Made by a program: the position numbers and the translations under genes. A DNA stretch of 64,000 nucleotides from assembly GCA_010093705.1 (NCBI GenBank), contig MU006096.1:952004-1016003 (forward strand). The letters are read 5' to 3'. The DNA comes from Patellaria atrata CBS 101060. Taxonomy: Eukaryota. The notes beneath the pieces were generated by a model. That model saw only the letters and a program-made list of their open reading frames with translations, was not told the DNA's origin and searched no databases. Positions 1 through 11,590 of this stretch are shown here, piece by piece. Each line of letters begins with the position of its first letter. The stretch's first letter is position 1.

Positions 1-697
1 CCGCCCAATCGACTGCCAGTGTTCTCCCATCAACCTCCTTCCCATTCACCGCCTCAATGGCCTTTTCCGCGTTCTTTCTTCCTCGAAGTACTACGAAGCC
101 AAAGCCCGAAAGAGCGCCTGATTTCTGCTTAGGAAGTACTGCATGCTTCACTTTGCCATAACTCCTAAACAGCAAAGCCAATTCATCCGGCTCCTTAATA
201 CTCCACGGCAAATTCCTAATAATTAACCTCGGCGGTTGTCGAGCCTCGACCCTCTCTTTCTCCCTATTGGCCTTTAGCTCAATCGCTTTACTTGCCTTGT
301 CACCAGATTCCTCGTTTCTATGACGCGGTTCCGCAATCTCCACTCTGATCTTCTTATCCTGGAATTTGGACCCATTGAACTCCTCTTTTGCCCTTTCTGC
401 GTCTTCAGCGTCTACGAAGGTCACGAAGCCGTACCCTTTGCACTGTTTAGTAGTTGAGTCGGTGACGACGGTTGCGTGCTTTAAGGGGTAAGATTGGGAG
501 AAGTGTTCGACGAGAGAGTCGTTTGTGGTTGAGGTGGGGAGATTGCGGACGAAGAGAGTACGGCGTTGTTCTGGTTTGGAGTCGCTGAGTTTGGGTTCAT
601 CGGGGTTTTTTGCAGAGGATTTTGGACTTGCAGTAAGGACCACACCTCCCTCATCTCCATCCTCGGAAAGCCTTTGCTTTTTGCGTCGGGGAGCCAT
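1..697 (-). CDS. NOP4: Nucleolar multi-RRM protein Nop4/RBM28 (5' part; runs off the window start)
   Basis: Manual translation from ATG 697: MAPRRKKQRLSEDG...RRTLFVRNLPTSTTNDSLVEHFSQSYPLKHATVVTDSTTKQCKGYGFVTF (RNP1), then a second RRM (LIIRNLPWSIK...GFGFVVL). Not in the ORF track because it is truncated. Confidence 0.85.
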   Translation of the reverse strand, partial: MAPRRKKQRLSEDGDEGGVVLTASPKSSAKNPDEPKLSDSKPEQRRTLFVRNLPTSTTNDSLVEHFSQSYPLKHATVVTDSTTKQCKGYGFVTFVDAEDAERAKEEFNGSKFQDKKIRVEIAEPRHRNEESGDKASKAIELKANREKERVEARQPPRLIIRNLPWSIKEPDELALLFRSYGKVKHAVLPKQKSGALSGFGFVVLRGRKNAEKAIEAVNGKEVDGRTLAVDWA

Positions 698-969
698 AAT
701 TATAGCTTTTTCTACTGCTAAAGCCAATTGTAGCAAAAGTTCATGCTACTATAAAATTTCAGAGCCGAATATTTCCCGGTTTGATCCTAGTCCCTAGAAG
801 CTCTAGCTCGAACTTCCTGTGAGTAACTGTCATGTCAATTAGACGTTAAAAAGAACATAGGAGAGAGAAATTCCGCCTAAAAAGATCAAACACGAAGTGT
901 ATGCTTTGGTTCTAAAGCGCTTCCGCCATTGATTCTATGCATCGAGAAATTTGGTGAAAAAGGGGTACA

Positions 970-3138
970 ATGACAGAAGCAGAGCTTGCAGCGACATTCA
1001 TTCCATCACTATATAAACCCCCTTCTCTGCTTCCAATTGCTCGTCATAAAGATGCTCTTCTTTACCTCATTGAAACGTTTCCAGTCGTCATAGTAGTTGG
1101 TCAAACAGGTAGTGGTAAGACCACACAGATTCCTCAGTACTTAGAACAAGCTGGATGGTGTTCAGAGGGAAAGACTATCGCAGTCACTCAGGTATGGATG
1201 GGTACCATTATTCAAATTAATCTTGATACTGATATCTTATTAGCCGCGGCGCGTTGCTGCAACCACTGTGGCTGCTAGAGTGGCGGAAGAAATGAGATGC
1301 AAACTAGGACAAGAGGTATAGACGAAATGGATTAAGTTCCATATTTCCTAGTCTAATACCGCGTAGGTTGGCTACTCTATTAGATTTGAGGATGTTACTT
1401 CCTCAGTAACCCGTATCAAGTTCCTCACTGACGGGCTTCTTCTAAGAGAAGCTTTGGTTGACCCTCTACTCTCTCGTTATTCTATTGTCATGGTGGATGA
1501 AGCTCATGAGCGCTCTTTAAGCTCCGATATCCTCCTAGGATTGTTGAAGAAGATACGAAAGAAGAGATCTGATCTGAGGATCATTGTCAGTAGTGCTACG
1601 TTACAAGCCGAAGATTTTCTCCGGTTCTTCGCTGGTGATGAAACGGTAAGCAGAGACGGATCCTTGGAGCTCGGTGGGAGTATCGGTAGGATCATTAGTC
1701 TTCAGGGACGAATGTACCCGGTGGACATCCACTACCTTGAGAATCCGGCTGAGAATTATATCGAATGCACTGTTAAAACGGTCTTTGACATCCACCTGAA
1801 AGAGCCCGAGGGTGATATCTTGATATTCCTCCCCGGTCGAGACGATATCAAAAAAACCATCGAAATGATTTCTGATAGGGCTAATGACCTTAATCCTGCT
1901 GGACCAAGATTACAACCACTGCCCCTATATGCTGGTCTTACTACCGATCAGCAAATGTACGTATTTGAACCAGCAGCAGAAAACACGCGGAAATGTATTG
2001 TATCCACAAATATTGCGGAAGCTTCCGTAACAATCGATGGTATTATATATGTTTTGGATTGTGGATTTGTCAAGCTGCGAGCATTCAATCCCACTACCGG
2101 TATTGAGACTCTCACAGCAACGCCTGTGTCAAAAGCATCAGCCACACAACGTGCTGGTCGAGCAGGGCGTACAAAGCCCGGTAAATGTTACAGACTATAT
2201 ACGGAGCAAGACTATGATTCCCTCCCGGAAACATCGGTTCCTGAAATACAGAGATCGGACCTCGCTCCTATGGTTCTGCAGCTAAAAGCACTTGGTATCG
2301 ACAACATTGCTCGCTTCGATTATCTGACTCCACCACCTGCTGAGTTAGTAATCCGTGCTTTAGAGCTTCTCTACTCTTTAGGGGCCCTCGACGACTATGC
2401 TAAACTCACAAAGCCGCTCGGATCACGAATGGCCGAATTATCCGTGGAACCGATGATGGCCAAAGTCTTACTGTCGGCCCCTACTTTTGACTGCTTGAGT
2501 GAAATTCTCACAATTGCAGCTATGACGAGCTTGCAAGAGACCGTGTGGATATCCCACGAGGGAGAAAAGAAAGCAACAGAGACCGCACGTCGAAGATTTG
2601 CAGTAGAAGAAGGCGATCATCTCACTCTACTCAACGTTTATCAAGCATTTGTCACTAAAGGCAAGAAAGATACTCAATGGTGTCGAACACATTATCTTAA
2701 CTTCAAGTCGATGATTCGAGCGGTGAGCATAAGGAATCAGCTGAAGAGATATCTAGAACGCTTTGGAGTCAACGTAGACGAGAGTCTCAGTGTACAAAAA
2801 TTGACTGCTGAAGGGCCTGATATAGGTGAAAAGATTAGGCGGTGTTTAACTACCGGGTACTTCGCACATGCAGCAAGAATGCAACCAGATGGAAGTTTTA
2901 TTACGGTCAATGGAGGAACGGTATTGCACCCTCATCCTACATCCCTAATGTTTGTAAGTTATGATTCAATCAGCTTTGTTGCTCACTCCTAACTTGTCTA
3001 TAGAATCGTAAGGCTGATTGGGTGATATTTCACGAAATCATGGAAACTGGTTCCAAAACCTTTATTCGTGACGTTACTAAGATTGAGAAAGGGTGGCTCG
3101 CGGAGTATGCGCCTCAATTCTACCAAATCTCAAGATAA
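970..3138 (+). CDS. DHX35: DEAH-box RNA helicase, DHX35-like (4 exons)
   Basis: Motifs GQTGSGKTTQ, DEAHER, SAT, QRAGRAGR, HA2 and OB-fold tail (NRKADWVIFHE). Introns about 1192-1242, 1315-1366 and 2954-3003; stop TAA 3136-3138. Confidence 0.85.
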
Positions 3139-3230
3139 CGGAAGTAGTGCAGGAATGATGGTCAATTCAAGATTCCAAGATCCCTAATCTAACCCCTTGC
3201 GCCCGAAAGTAATCCCACGTCATTATCCCA

Positions 3231-4065
3231 TTATTTCAGCGTGGCAACAAATATTTCTCGCATGTCCTTCAAGAACATTCCTATATCTCTCGTTTGGTTG
3301 ACTTTCTCGAGAGCCCTGTCCACTTCGTCCCTATCAAGCTTAGGGCGATATGCTAACACCTCGTACTCCCGTTTCGAGATGTCGAGGTCAAACCATGCTT
3401 CCCTCTCCCAATCTCGCTCATCAACATGAGTGTACACAAACTTGAGCTTGTCCACTGCGCCAGCACCCTCGATTCGTAAGCAAAGATAGTCCTGCCAAAA
3501 TTCCAGCTCCGGGACATTAAATCTTGCCTGGCTGTCTAGATATCTTGCATGTTTATGTTGCGCTTCGCGGCGAGCTGCGATTTGTTTCTGTACATCTACG
3601 ATTTGCGACTTAAGAGCGTCGCGGTTTGCGGCACGGGCGTCTCGTTGTTCCTTTAGTGAGGCTATCGCGGCGTGCATCTCGGCAGTTTCCTGCGCTTCTT
3701 TCGCGATTGTCTGGCTGTGAGTTTCGGACTTTAGAGTGAGAATTTCGATGTCGCGCTTCTTCAAGCGCTGGTCCTCTATACAACGGAACATGTTAGACTC
3801 TACCCCTCGTGTGTGTGATAATAATGCGCCTACCTTGTAGCTCTGTGATATTAAGTCGAAATTGATTTCGCTCTTCTAAGACTTGTTTTCGTCCCTTTTC
3901 TATGAATTCGTCGAATCTTTGGGTGAATCGCATCATGCGCTCGCGGAGGTCGTCGAAGCCAAAATTTACACTAGGTAGCGAATCTGCCATGGAGGGCGCA
4001 TCGGTCGAGTGCCCGGAGCGCATCATACTTGTAGAGAGGGAAGGTTCGAAAGTTGCGGTCGCCAT
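3231..4065 (-). CDS. SPC25: Kinetochore NDC80-complex subunit Spc25 (2 exons)
   Basis: LPSVNFGFDDLRERMMRFTQRFDEFIEKGRKQVLEERNQF, a coiled coil, then RWD-like tail FWQDYLCLRIEGAG..LKFVYTHVDERDWERE. Intron 3833-3776. Confidence 0.88.
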
Positions 4066-4422
4066 TTTGAAGATCCGGTAGTTATATGCGCTCGGTTATT
4101 CAATGTTGTCTCTGCGTAGCGTGGTTGTGAAGAGGAAATATTATTGTTGACTATCTGATGAGGTTTGGATTGAAGACAATGTTTACTTTCTACCCTGAAA
4201 AGGAAAAGCGGCGATCATCCTTGGTACGGATGCACGTGCGCCAAGAAACCTTATTGGGCCGCATTGAACCTCAAGAAATTTTTGGAATATGTCACAAATT
4301 TCATAAATTATATTTCACTTCTTGTATACATGCACAGTCTTCCGGTTTATTCTCTGCTCTAGTTTTACTCGATATGAAACGCGTCTTCTACCTCGGTGGC
4401 TCTCATTTTGCTCTGAAACCGA

Positions 4423-7400
4423 ATGACTAACCCATCCATTCATGACCTCAAATATGGTCATGTAGGACCCGCTGTATACGATACTGATACTAAAGAATGG
4501 CTTTTTGGTCGAGAGATTAGTCGATGCAACGTATTGAAAGTCGTTGGTGAACCTGAGAAACTCTTAGAATCTTCCGTCCGGAATTCAGTGGAACAGGACG
4601 AGAATAACTCGAATAAGCATTTTTCGCAGAGAATACGTAATGCATTAGAGGGACTCCCAGAACTTCTACCGGCAAGGCATATTATCGAGGAGTATGCTAA
4701 GGTTTCGTCCGCTATGTGCTCCGCAGCAAGATTCTACGACCCTGCAAACGGCAAACTGATTGGATTTGGAAAAGCAGCTGATCTTGACCGGAGATCCCAA
4801 GCTCTAGTACGAGTGATTGCAAAACCCTCTGGGGAAAGCGGAGAGATCCTTCACTTAGCCCAAGTTTTTGAGGAACGACGCGGCTGGGGTACGGAAAAGG
4901 CCCCGGCACTTCGAGACTTCAACATCGACACTAAAGGGCCTACCTACTGGCCTGGTGATGGTTCCCCGATAAAACACATATGCTTCTCGCGACCAGAAGG
5001 TAATCAGAGCGCTTTTATCGCTGTTAGAACCGCGGTTTCCACATCAATACTTCGACCATTACTTCACCGGTCTGCTATTCCAAATCGTGGAGGCTCTCTT
5101 GGCCAGCATGTGTATAGTATTTCTAGATTGGATGCAAATCCTATTCTCAAAGTACCTATAACGAGTACGGGGGGGGACTTTCATGCCGATGTAGCCTTTA
5201 ATCCGTGGTACCAGCGGCAGTTTGCCCTGGTAGATTACCGTGGTCATTGGAGTATCTGGAATGTGGAGGGTGGGCAGACCCGTGGCGGAAGAACTAACAA
5301 GTATGATGTCAAGAAAATGAAGATTGGGATTCTTGAATCTCTTGTGAAAGAGCAGAGTAACATCCATGAGCGTCCTGACGACGGTTGGCGACGGATATTC
5401 TGGGCTGGGAATATCAATACCATAATTGTTTGTGACCGAAAGGCACTTGCTGTATTTGATATCCGGGAGAGGCCTCTCCGATTGCAAGGGCCAAATCTAC
5501 ATCTGGACACTTCTCCCGATTGGATACTTGATGCCCGAGTTGATCCTATGCAAGATGATCGTTTCTTTGTTCTAACTTCTTCACGAATCTTTTGGATACA
5601 AATAGATTATCTAGGAGGAGCGGAAGCTAATAGTGGAATTGCGCGTATCCTACTCTCATGGGCGCATTTTCGACACCCGGGAGACATATCCCTTAGCATA
5701 CACCCCTTCAAATGTGGTAATGGTAAGACTAGTTCTTATGATTTGCCTCTCACTCATAACTAATACAATGCAGAGATATTCGTGCTATTAAACTCACGAG
5801 TCGATTTCCCTATTCAGGTCTTTCGGTTCACTCACGAAGATAGCGGACTATCTATTCCACGTTCATTATCTGACCCGTTCGTTTTGAACCTAGAATCCCA
5901 TTCAGACGGTCATATTCGGCAGAAAATCCTCGATCTTGACGTTGAAGGGTTATCATTCCACTTCGAAAATCGTTTCGTCAACAAAGATGGTGTGGGGGGC
6001 CGATACGCAAATGAAGGCTTACAGTTCTTTAGCCTCGTTTCTATTAATGACGATTTTAGTATTTCTCGACTACTGTTATATAGAGAAACTCGCGTTTGCA
6101 AATTTGAAGAGAAGGAGACTAGGCCAAAGAGCGTAGAATTTCCGACGTGGTCGACGAATATCGAATTGAGACGCTATCTGTCCAGTACTTTTGTTGAAGA
6201 TTCCAGCGATAGCGAGCCTGATTTTATTGTACCTGATGGTATTGCTGATTTGGAATTGATCCCGCAACATGTCCCCATCACCAACCCACTTCAGGATCAT
6301 GTAACTTCACAAATCAAATCTGCCGGTTTAAAGAGCAAAATGCAGCTTCTAAATAGGGATTACATAAAGAACCTTCGCGACCCATCCACTGTCGAATTGA
6401 GTTCCGATATTATGGATGTGATCGCAGATATTAGAAACGAAATGGATTCAAAAGCTACATTAGAGGAAGATAAATATTATGGTACTTTGTAAGTCTATTT
6501 GCTATCCTAATTGTCGAATAAATCACTAATTTTTGCTTTAGGTTAGAATTTGCAACGTCTGCACTCAAAGTGGAGGATGTGGATACAGCATCATCGAGCT
6601 TAGAAGATATGATTATCAGTTCGGGCCCTCGGGATTTAGAATCTCGCGTGCTCTATATTTTTCGGCGATACGCTGGGATTTTACTCGATCAACCTTTCAG
6701 GGTTGAAGGGAATCAGTCGCTACTGGATATCTATATTCATTTCTTGCACCTCTGGCTTTCTTTTCTCCCCCTTAATACTCCGAACAGCCTTCGTACCGCT
6801 AAAGAGAGCCTATGTCGTAGGTTTGCAGCTGAATGCGTTCTTTCACAACTGGAACTGAAAATCTCGGAACCAGTTAATAAGCCGGAACCGGTCGAATCTG
6901 CTACGGATATTGAAACTCAGACGAACATCTCTCAACCTAGTAGCTTTTCATTGCCTCTTCGAACCTCAGGAAGAGATAACGTTCGTGGCTACGATGAATT
7001 AAGCTCCCAGTCAATTTCTACATTCAACGACATGCATTCAAGCCAAGGAGAAGGCCTTCTACCGACGCCAGAGCTCACCCCATCAGTATTTTCAGGATCG
7101 TCATTTTCATCTTCTATGTCAGGGTTGAATGATACAACATTTACTCGTATGAAAAGACGCACGACACTAGAGGATACGGCACCGTTCCTTCCAACACAAG
7201 CATCTCGCGTACTGATGCATTGGAATGTCGACAGCAATCCTGATGATTATGACTGGGAAGCTACCAAGGACGCTATCGACGATGCAAGTGATACGGAAGT
7301 CGATGGACTCTCAGCAGCACGAAGAGATAAGTTAAAACGACGTGCTGAAAAACATCTCAAACGCCAACGCCGAGAAACAGCTTCTGCTTCGGCTAGTATA

Positions 7401-7568
7401 CAACCTACGTTCAGAAGTTCTCCTGGCCCAACTTTAGATTATGGCGGTAGTAGTCAGATGGCTACTTCACAGCCCTTCGTTGCATCACAGGCAGAGAGAG
7501 GTTTATTCGGAACGAGACGGCCGCCAAAGAAGAAGGCAAAGGTGAAGAGACAAGCTGGTTTCAGATGA
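4423..7568 (+). CDS. RRN6: RNA polymerase I core factor subunit Rrn6-like (3 exons)
   Basis: N-terminal LKYGHVGPAVYD, HADVAFNPWYQRQFALVDYRGHWSIW, LLSWAHFRHPGD, W..DSNPDDYDWEA and a basic C-terminus ending RQAGFR, as in fungal Rrn6. Introns about 5723-5773 and 6489-6541. Confidence 0.8.
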
Positions 7569-7764
7569 TGTACAAGGTCACTACCACCTACAGTAAGGTT
7601 AAATTGCTCATTTGTAGTACTTTACGCTACCCTTACGACCATATACAGGGAGAATGGACGAACAAACTAAGGACAAGGTGATTCAACCGAGCAGATATCC
7701 AATTGACCGTGCGTTAGACCATAGTTAGGAAGTTAAAGGAATCCATTTCTACCATAAAGCTGGC

Positions 7765-8110
7765 TCAACCGCCAATCCACCCCGGCTTAATCTTCAAGAT
7801 CCTGCACTGGATTAACCTATCCATCAAGACCCCTAATATTAAGTACCGGTGCGCCCCAAACTCGCCCAGGATCTCTGCGATATCTTCTTCCAAGGGGTTA
7901 CGAACGAGATTCCTTATACGCGGCATAACCTCCTTAGGATCGCTGCCGGAGAGTTCAATATTCGTCCATTTTATAGCAAGAGCGAGCACACGAGGCGGCA
8001 AAGCATCGAAGCCAGGCCGTGTGATCTCCCGGTTGCGTACATAGAGATCTCATCATAAGTGGGATCATTTCTCTTCATCCTTGGCGGAACTGGTGATTGT
8101 ATGCCGACAT
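7765..8110 (-). pseudogene. Orphan-family paralogue copy 1 (in-frame TGA plus one frameshift)
   Basis: MSAYNHQFRQG*REMIPLMM / DLYVRNREITRPGFDALPPRVLALAIKW...RIRNLVRNPLEEDIAEIL aligns by eye with intact copy 4 (TFQEEWDQI...HVLAVAVRL...LAQLRGNPEEFDIYETL). Confidence 0.6.
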
Positions 8111-8540
8111 AGTAATGATGTAGTTATTGTATGTTTATTGGAGGATTTTAGAGCGTCTCAGATTGTATTTTGGGGTTTTGGATGAGAGACGCATTTACAG
8201 AAGAAGTGAACGACTTATATTCAGGTCAAGGGCGAGGAGTTGGATGAGTGGAGGGTCCGACTGTATTTTTACAATATTTTTGAGTGGTAAAGGGGATGTT
8301 TGTCAATATAAGGTGCCTAGTTCATATGAGTAAGTCCTTCACTCGCCTATTGATTCACGACTTCTGTTATTGTTCATTTTGACACGGACAGCTGCCTAAT
8401 AAAATGTTAGGGTTAAAGAAAGAATAAATTTACATGACTGAGGAGAGAATAACTAAGCATGTTTCAGTTCCTGTCTACATTTCCCATAATGCCGTCGAAG
8501 GCCACGTCGAGTCATCAAGTACACCTCCCATATGCCAGAG

Positions 8541-8933
8541 CTATGATCTATATATCCGCCGGCCCTCCAGCGCTGCCTAGTGCTCCCAGTACAACATCAA
8601 GTGGTAGGAAAGCCCTTCGTGGGTATGGCCGAATTCATCGAATATATTGTAAGGATAATAGTCTTTCAAAACGTGCTTTTCAAACCAGCCCTTATCGACC
8701 TGCACAATTTGTTTCGACTCCAAGGCGTCAATCATGTGAATCGCAAATGTGAGAGCCAGTGCGAGAGCGTAAGTGCTGAATGCTGGAAAAAACGAGTACA
8801 TATTCATCGGATCAACGAAAACGTCGACGCAGACCTGTTCAAGGTCGTCTCATTCGCTGCGGATGGTATCAGTGCCCATTTTTGTGGAGTTTGGGTCGAG
8901 GATTCGGTATATATATGGGTGTTTTGTGGACAT
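8541..8933 (-). pseudogene. Orphan-family paralogue copy 2 (no frameshift; two in-frame stops, both at conserved Trp positions)
   Basis: MSTKHP...TIRSE*DDLEQVCVDVFVDPMNMYSFFPAFSTYALALALTFA...EGLSYHLMLYWEH*AALEGRRIYRS. TGA at 8852-8850 and TAG at 8579-8577. Confidence 0.7.
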
Positions 8934-9761
8934 GTTATATAAGTTGATATTGTGGTGGAGAGCACTCGGGATCTGACGGGTTTGAGATAGGAGTATATAG
9001 TGTGAATGTGAGATATTTGTGGATCTCAGAGAATAGAAATAGAGAAGCAGGATATATATAGGGGAAGGGTGGTCCTAAGAGAAGGGGTGTAAGTTAAGTA
9101 TGTTTGTCATAACTTACATGTATCCCCTTAGTTTTGATATACGTATGCCCCTTATCAAAATAATCAGGTGATACCTGAACTGGAATCGCGGATCTCAATT
9201 GCATCAAAGTACATGTTATCACATCCCGTCGAGTCACGGCTTTCAGCACGTTGAATTAGGAATATCTTAGAATATGCTAGATAGCGCGCGGTAAACCAAG
9301 CTGTAGAATAGCGTATAAAGTAATTTATAAACCAGCATATGAGTAATAGACAGTAGAATGTGGATCACACCGCCGACGTACTATATGGACAGCTACCGTA
9401 TAAGCTAGCATTCTTATTTTACTTTATAGAATAGTGTATGAAGTGAACTCCAAAGGCTATGGTGCACTATTAAAGTCCCTTAGTCGGAGTTTGTGGTGAG
9501 ACCCAACAGAGTATAGACATAAAATAAGAGATCCCAGCTTACATAGGATCTTCCTAAAGGCGCGGGTGTATATGTATTAAATCACAGGAATCGCTGGCCT
9601 AATGCAAGCTGCAAGGTGAGTGAGACAGTTTGATTTCACACGATCGAAAAGCTTTCACGAAATACATTCTCTTCCCTATATTACATCCTATTAGGGGATG
9701 AAGGGGCCACATCCAGATATCAAGCCAACCTCCCCCTTACAACTAATCAAAACATATTCAA

Positions 9762-10083
9762 TCAACGGCAACCCGCACTCATCGCCCAGCGCACTATCGC
9801 CTCAGCCGTGTCTTCCTTGAGCGTAGCGCGGTCGTTATTATATACACGACGTGTATCAGAAACTTCCTCGAGCTCCGGATAGTCCTCAAGGCGCTTCAGC
9901 GGCGGTCACATCGGTTCTTTGATTCCCCGATAGACAATGGAGTCTCGTGCTAGGTTGCTCATCTGTGCGCGATGAGGAGCATGTCGTCGGAGAAGCGCTC
10001 GAGGTCCGGGTATGAGTTTGGGTTCAGAAAAGGGCTTCTTTGAGCTCGAGGATCTGCGTCCATTCATCCTTGAATGTCGACAT
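9762..10083 (-). pseudogene. Orphan-family paralogue copy 3 (two 1-nt deletions and one in-frame TGA)
   Basis: MSTFKDEWTQILELKEALF / NPNSYPDLERFSDDMLLIAH / MSNLARDS...PM*PPLKRLEDYPELEEVSDT...AEAIVRWAMSAG versus copy 4 MPTFQEEWDQIEELRLAYFRDPNLTLDFGRFS...WSRWAQLTG. Confidence 0.75.
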
Positions 10084-10858
10084 ATTTTGGAGATGTGGAG
10101 TATAAAGGTTTGGGGTGTTAGAGGAAATATAACCGTTGAGGAAAAGTTCAGTATGTGGAACAGTATATAGTTGTCGAGAGGGTTTCGGTGCGGGAGAGCG
10201 TATGTTTTGTTTCGAGCCTTGTACAGTTATTGATATAGGGGTTGGGGTGTGGGAAAGAGGGTATACAGGATTGGCAGAATAAAGGTAGAGAGTCAAAGAA
10301 GGAGAAGATATGTAGAGGGGAGCGGGCGTCCTTCTAAGGTGGAAGTTAGTAGTGGCAGTTCTGGGGAAGGTATATGTTGGCCATATTCGCCGTTGTGCGT
10401 TGTCACCTAGTGCGTTTGTTGTGCTATTGATGTGGTTGTTGTAATTTGAAGAGTAGTACTGAAGGTCATTTCGGGATTTGGAGGAAAGAGATTTGTGATT
10501 TATAAGTAGAACATTGGATAATATACTTAAGGGTAAGCGACGCATTGAATGAGCGAAAGTTGTTAGTTTGAATCTTCTTATTGTTGGGTTATAAGAAATG
10601 GGAACGTTCATAAATGTACTTGGTGCCGTCGTAGTAGTTTATTATTCTGATAAAATGTATGAGTCCTCTCATGACTTATCATAATACTGATAGCCGTTCA
10701 AGAAACACGTAGATACGAAGAGAAAATTCAGTTCGATATAAGTAAGGGAATCTTTATCATGTATAATTGATATCCAACCTAAACATTATAATTCCTTCTA
10801 GGGTACTATTGGGAAACATCAAGACCCCTTGTCGACCTCCCCCATAGCCCATATAACA

Positions 10859-11203
10859 CTAATTAGGTGAATCGTCCGAGACCAGCTCCGGTTCGGGGTG
10901 AAAGCCGGTCAGTTGCGCCCAGCGGCTCCACTCTTGGATTAATGCTCTCGAGAGTCCTGGCTTATCCCAATGCCACTGTAATGTTTCGTAGATATCGAAT
11001 TCCTCAGGATTACCCCTGAGCTGCGCCAGCTCGTCCAGACGATCGTCCATCCAAGAGCTGATGACTACAAGCTCTGCAAGTCTGACCGCGACGGCGAGTA
11101 CGTGAAATGAGAATCTCCCGAAGTCGAGGGTTAAGTTGGGGTCCCTGAAGTATGCTAGCCTGAGTTCTTCGATTTGGTCCCATTCTTCCTGGAAAGTAGG
11201 CAT
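10859..11203 (-). CDS. Orphan small protein, intact paralogue copy 4 (114 aa from MPTFQEEW; alternative start 11269)
   Basis: Open intronless ORF, upstream TATATA elements, and three recognisable neighbouring paralogues. No family recognised. Confidence 0.6.
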   Translation of the reverse strand: MPTFQEEWDQIEELRLAYFRDPNLTLDFGRFSFHVLAVAVRLAELVVISSWMDDRLDELAQLRGNPEEFDIYETLQWHWDKPGLSRALIQEWSRWAQLTGFHPEPELVSDDSPN

Positions 11204-11590
11204 GTTGATATATAGATCCGAGTATATATGTTCAAGTTGAGGTTTGAAATGTGCGAGGAGTATATTCATTGGTTTTGATGTCGAGATAGGAGCTTAGAGT
11301 ATATGTAAGGATGTATTGCGAATCTGGAAGGATGGAGCTAAGAGGGTGGTGGAAGAAAGGTATATATAGGCGAACGTGTAGTGTTTTAGGAAGGGCGCAG
11401 GTTGTTGTGCGTTGGCAAATGATACGTTCAGTGTATTACTAGTAGACATCACAGTAGCAGATCGGTGGGTTGCTGTAACGATGATCACGATTTTCCTATA
11501 TTCATGAGAGGTAAGGTGAACGTTGCTGCTGGACATATGCTGGCGGATGCGGCACAGAGAAAGCTTCCATAGTTTCCTATCAGGAACTGT

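Noticed and set aside
7765..10083. Nuclear stop-codon reassignment or mitochondrial-code (TGA=Trp) origin of the array
   Set aside because: TGA and TAG are genuine stops of conserved genes here (ESA1, CCT1, NMD3, PEX12). Copy 4 uses TGG, the TAG would remain unexplained, and copies 1 and 3 also have frameshifts.
10084..10611. N-terminal 176 aa of the 195-aa ORF 10024-10611
   Set aside because: Reads through promoter-like low-complexity sequence with TATA elements; only the last 19 codons match the paralogue family.
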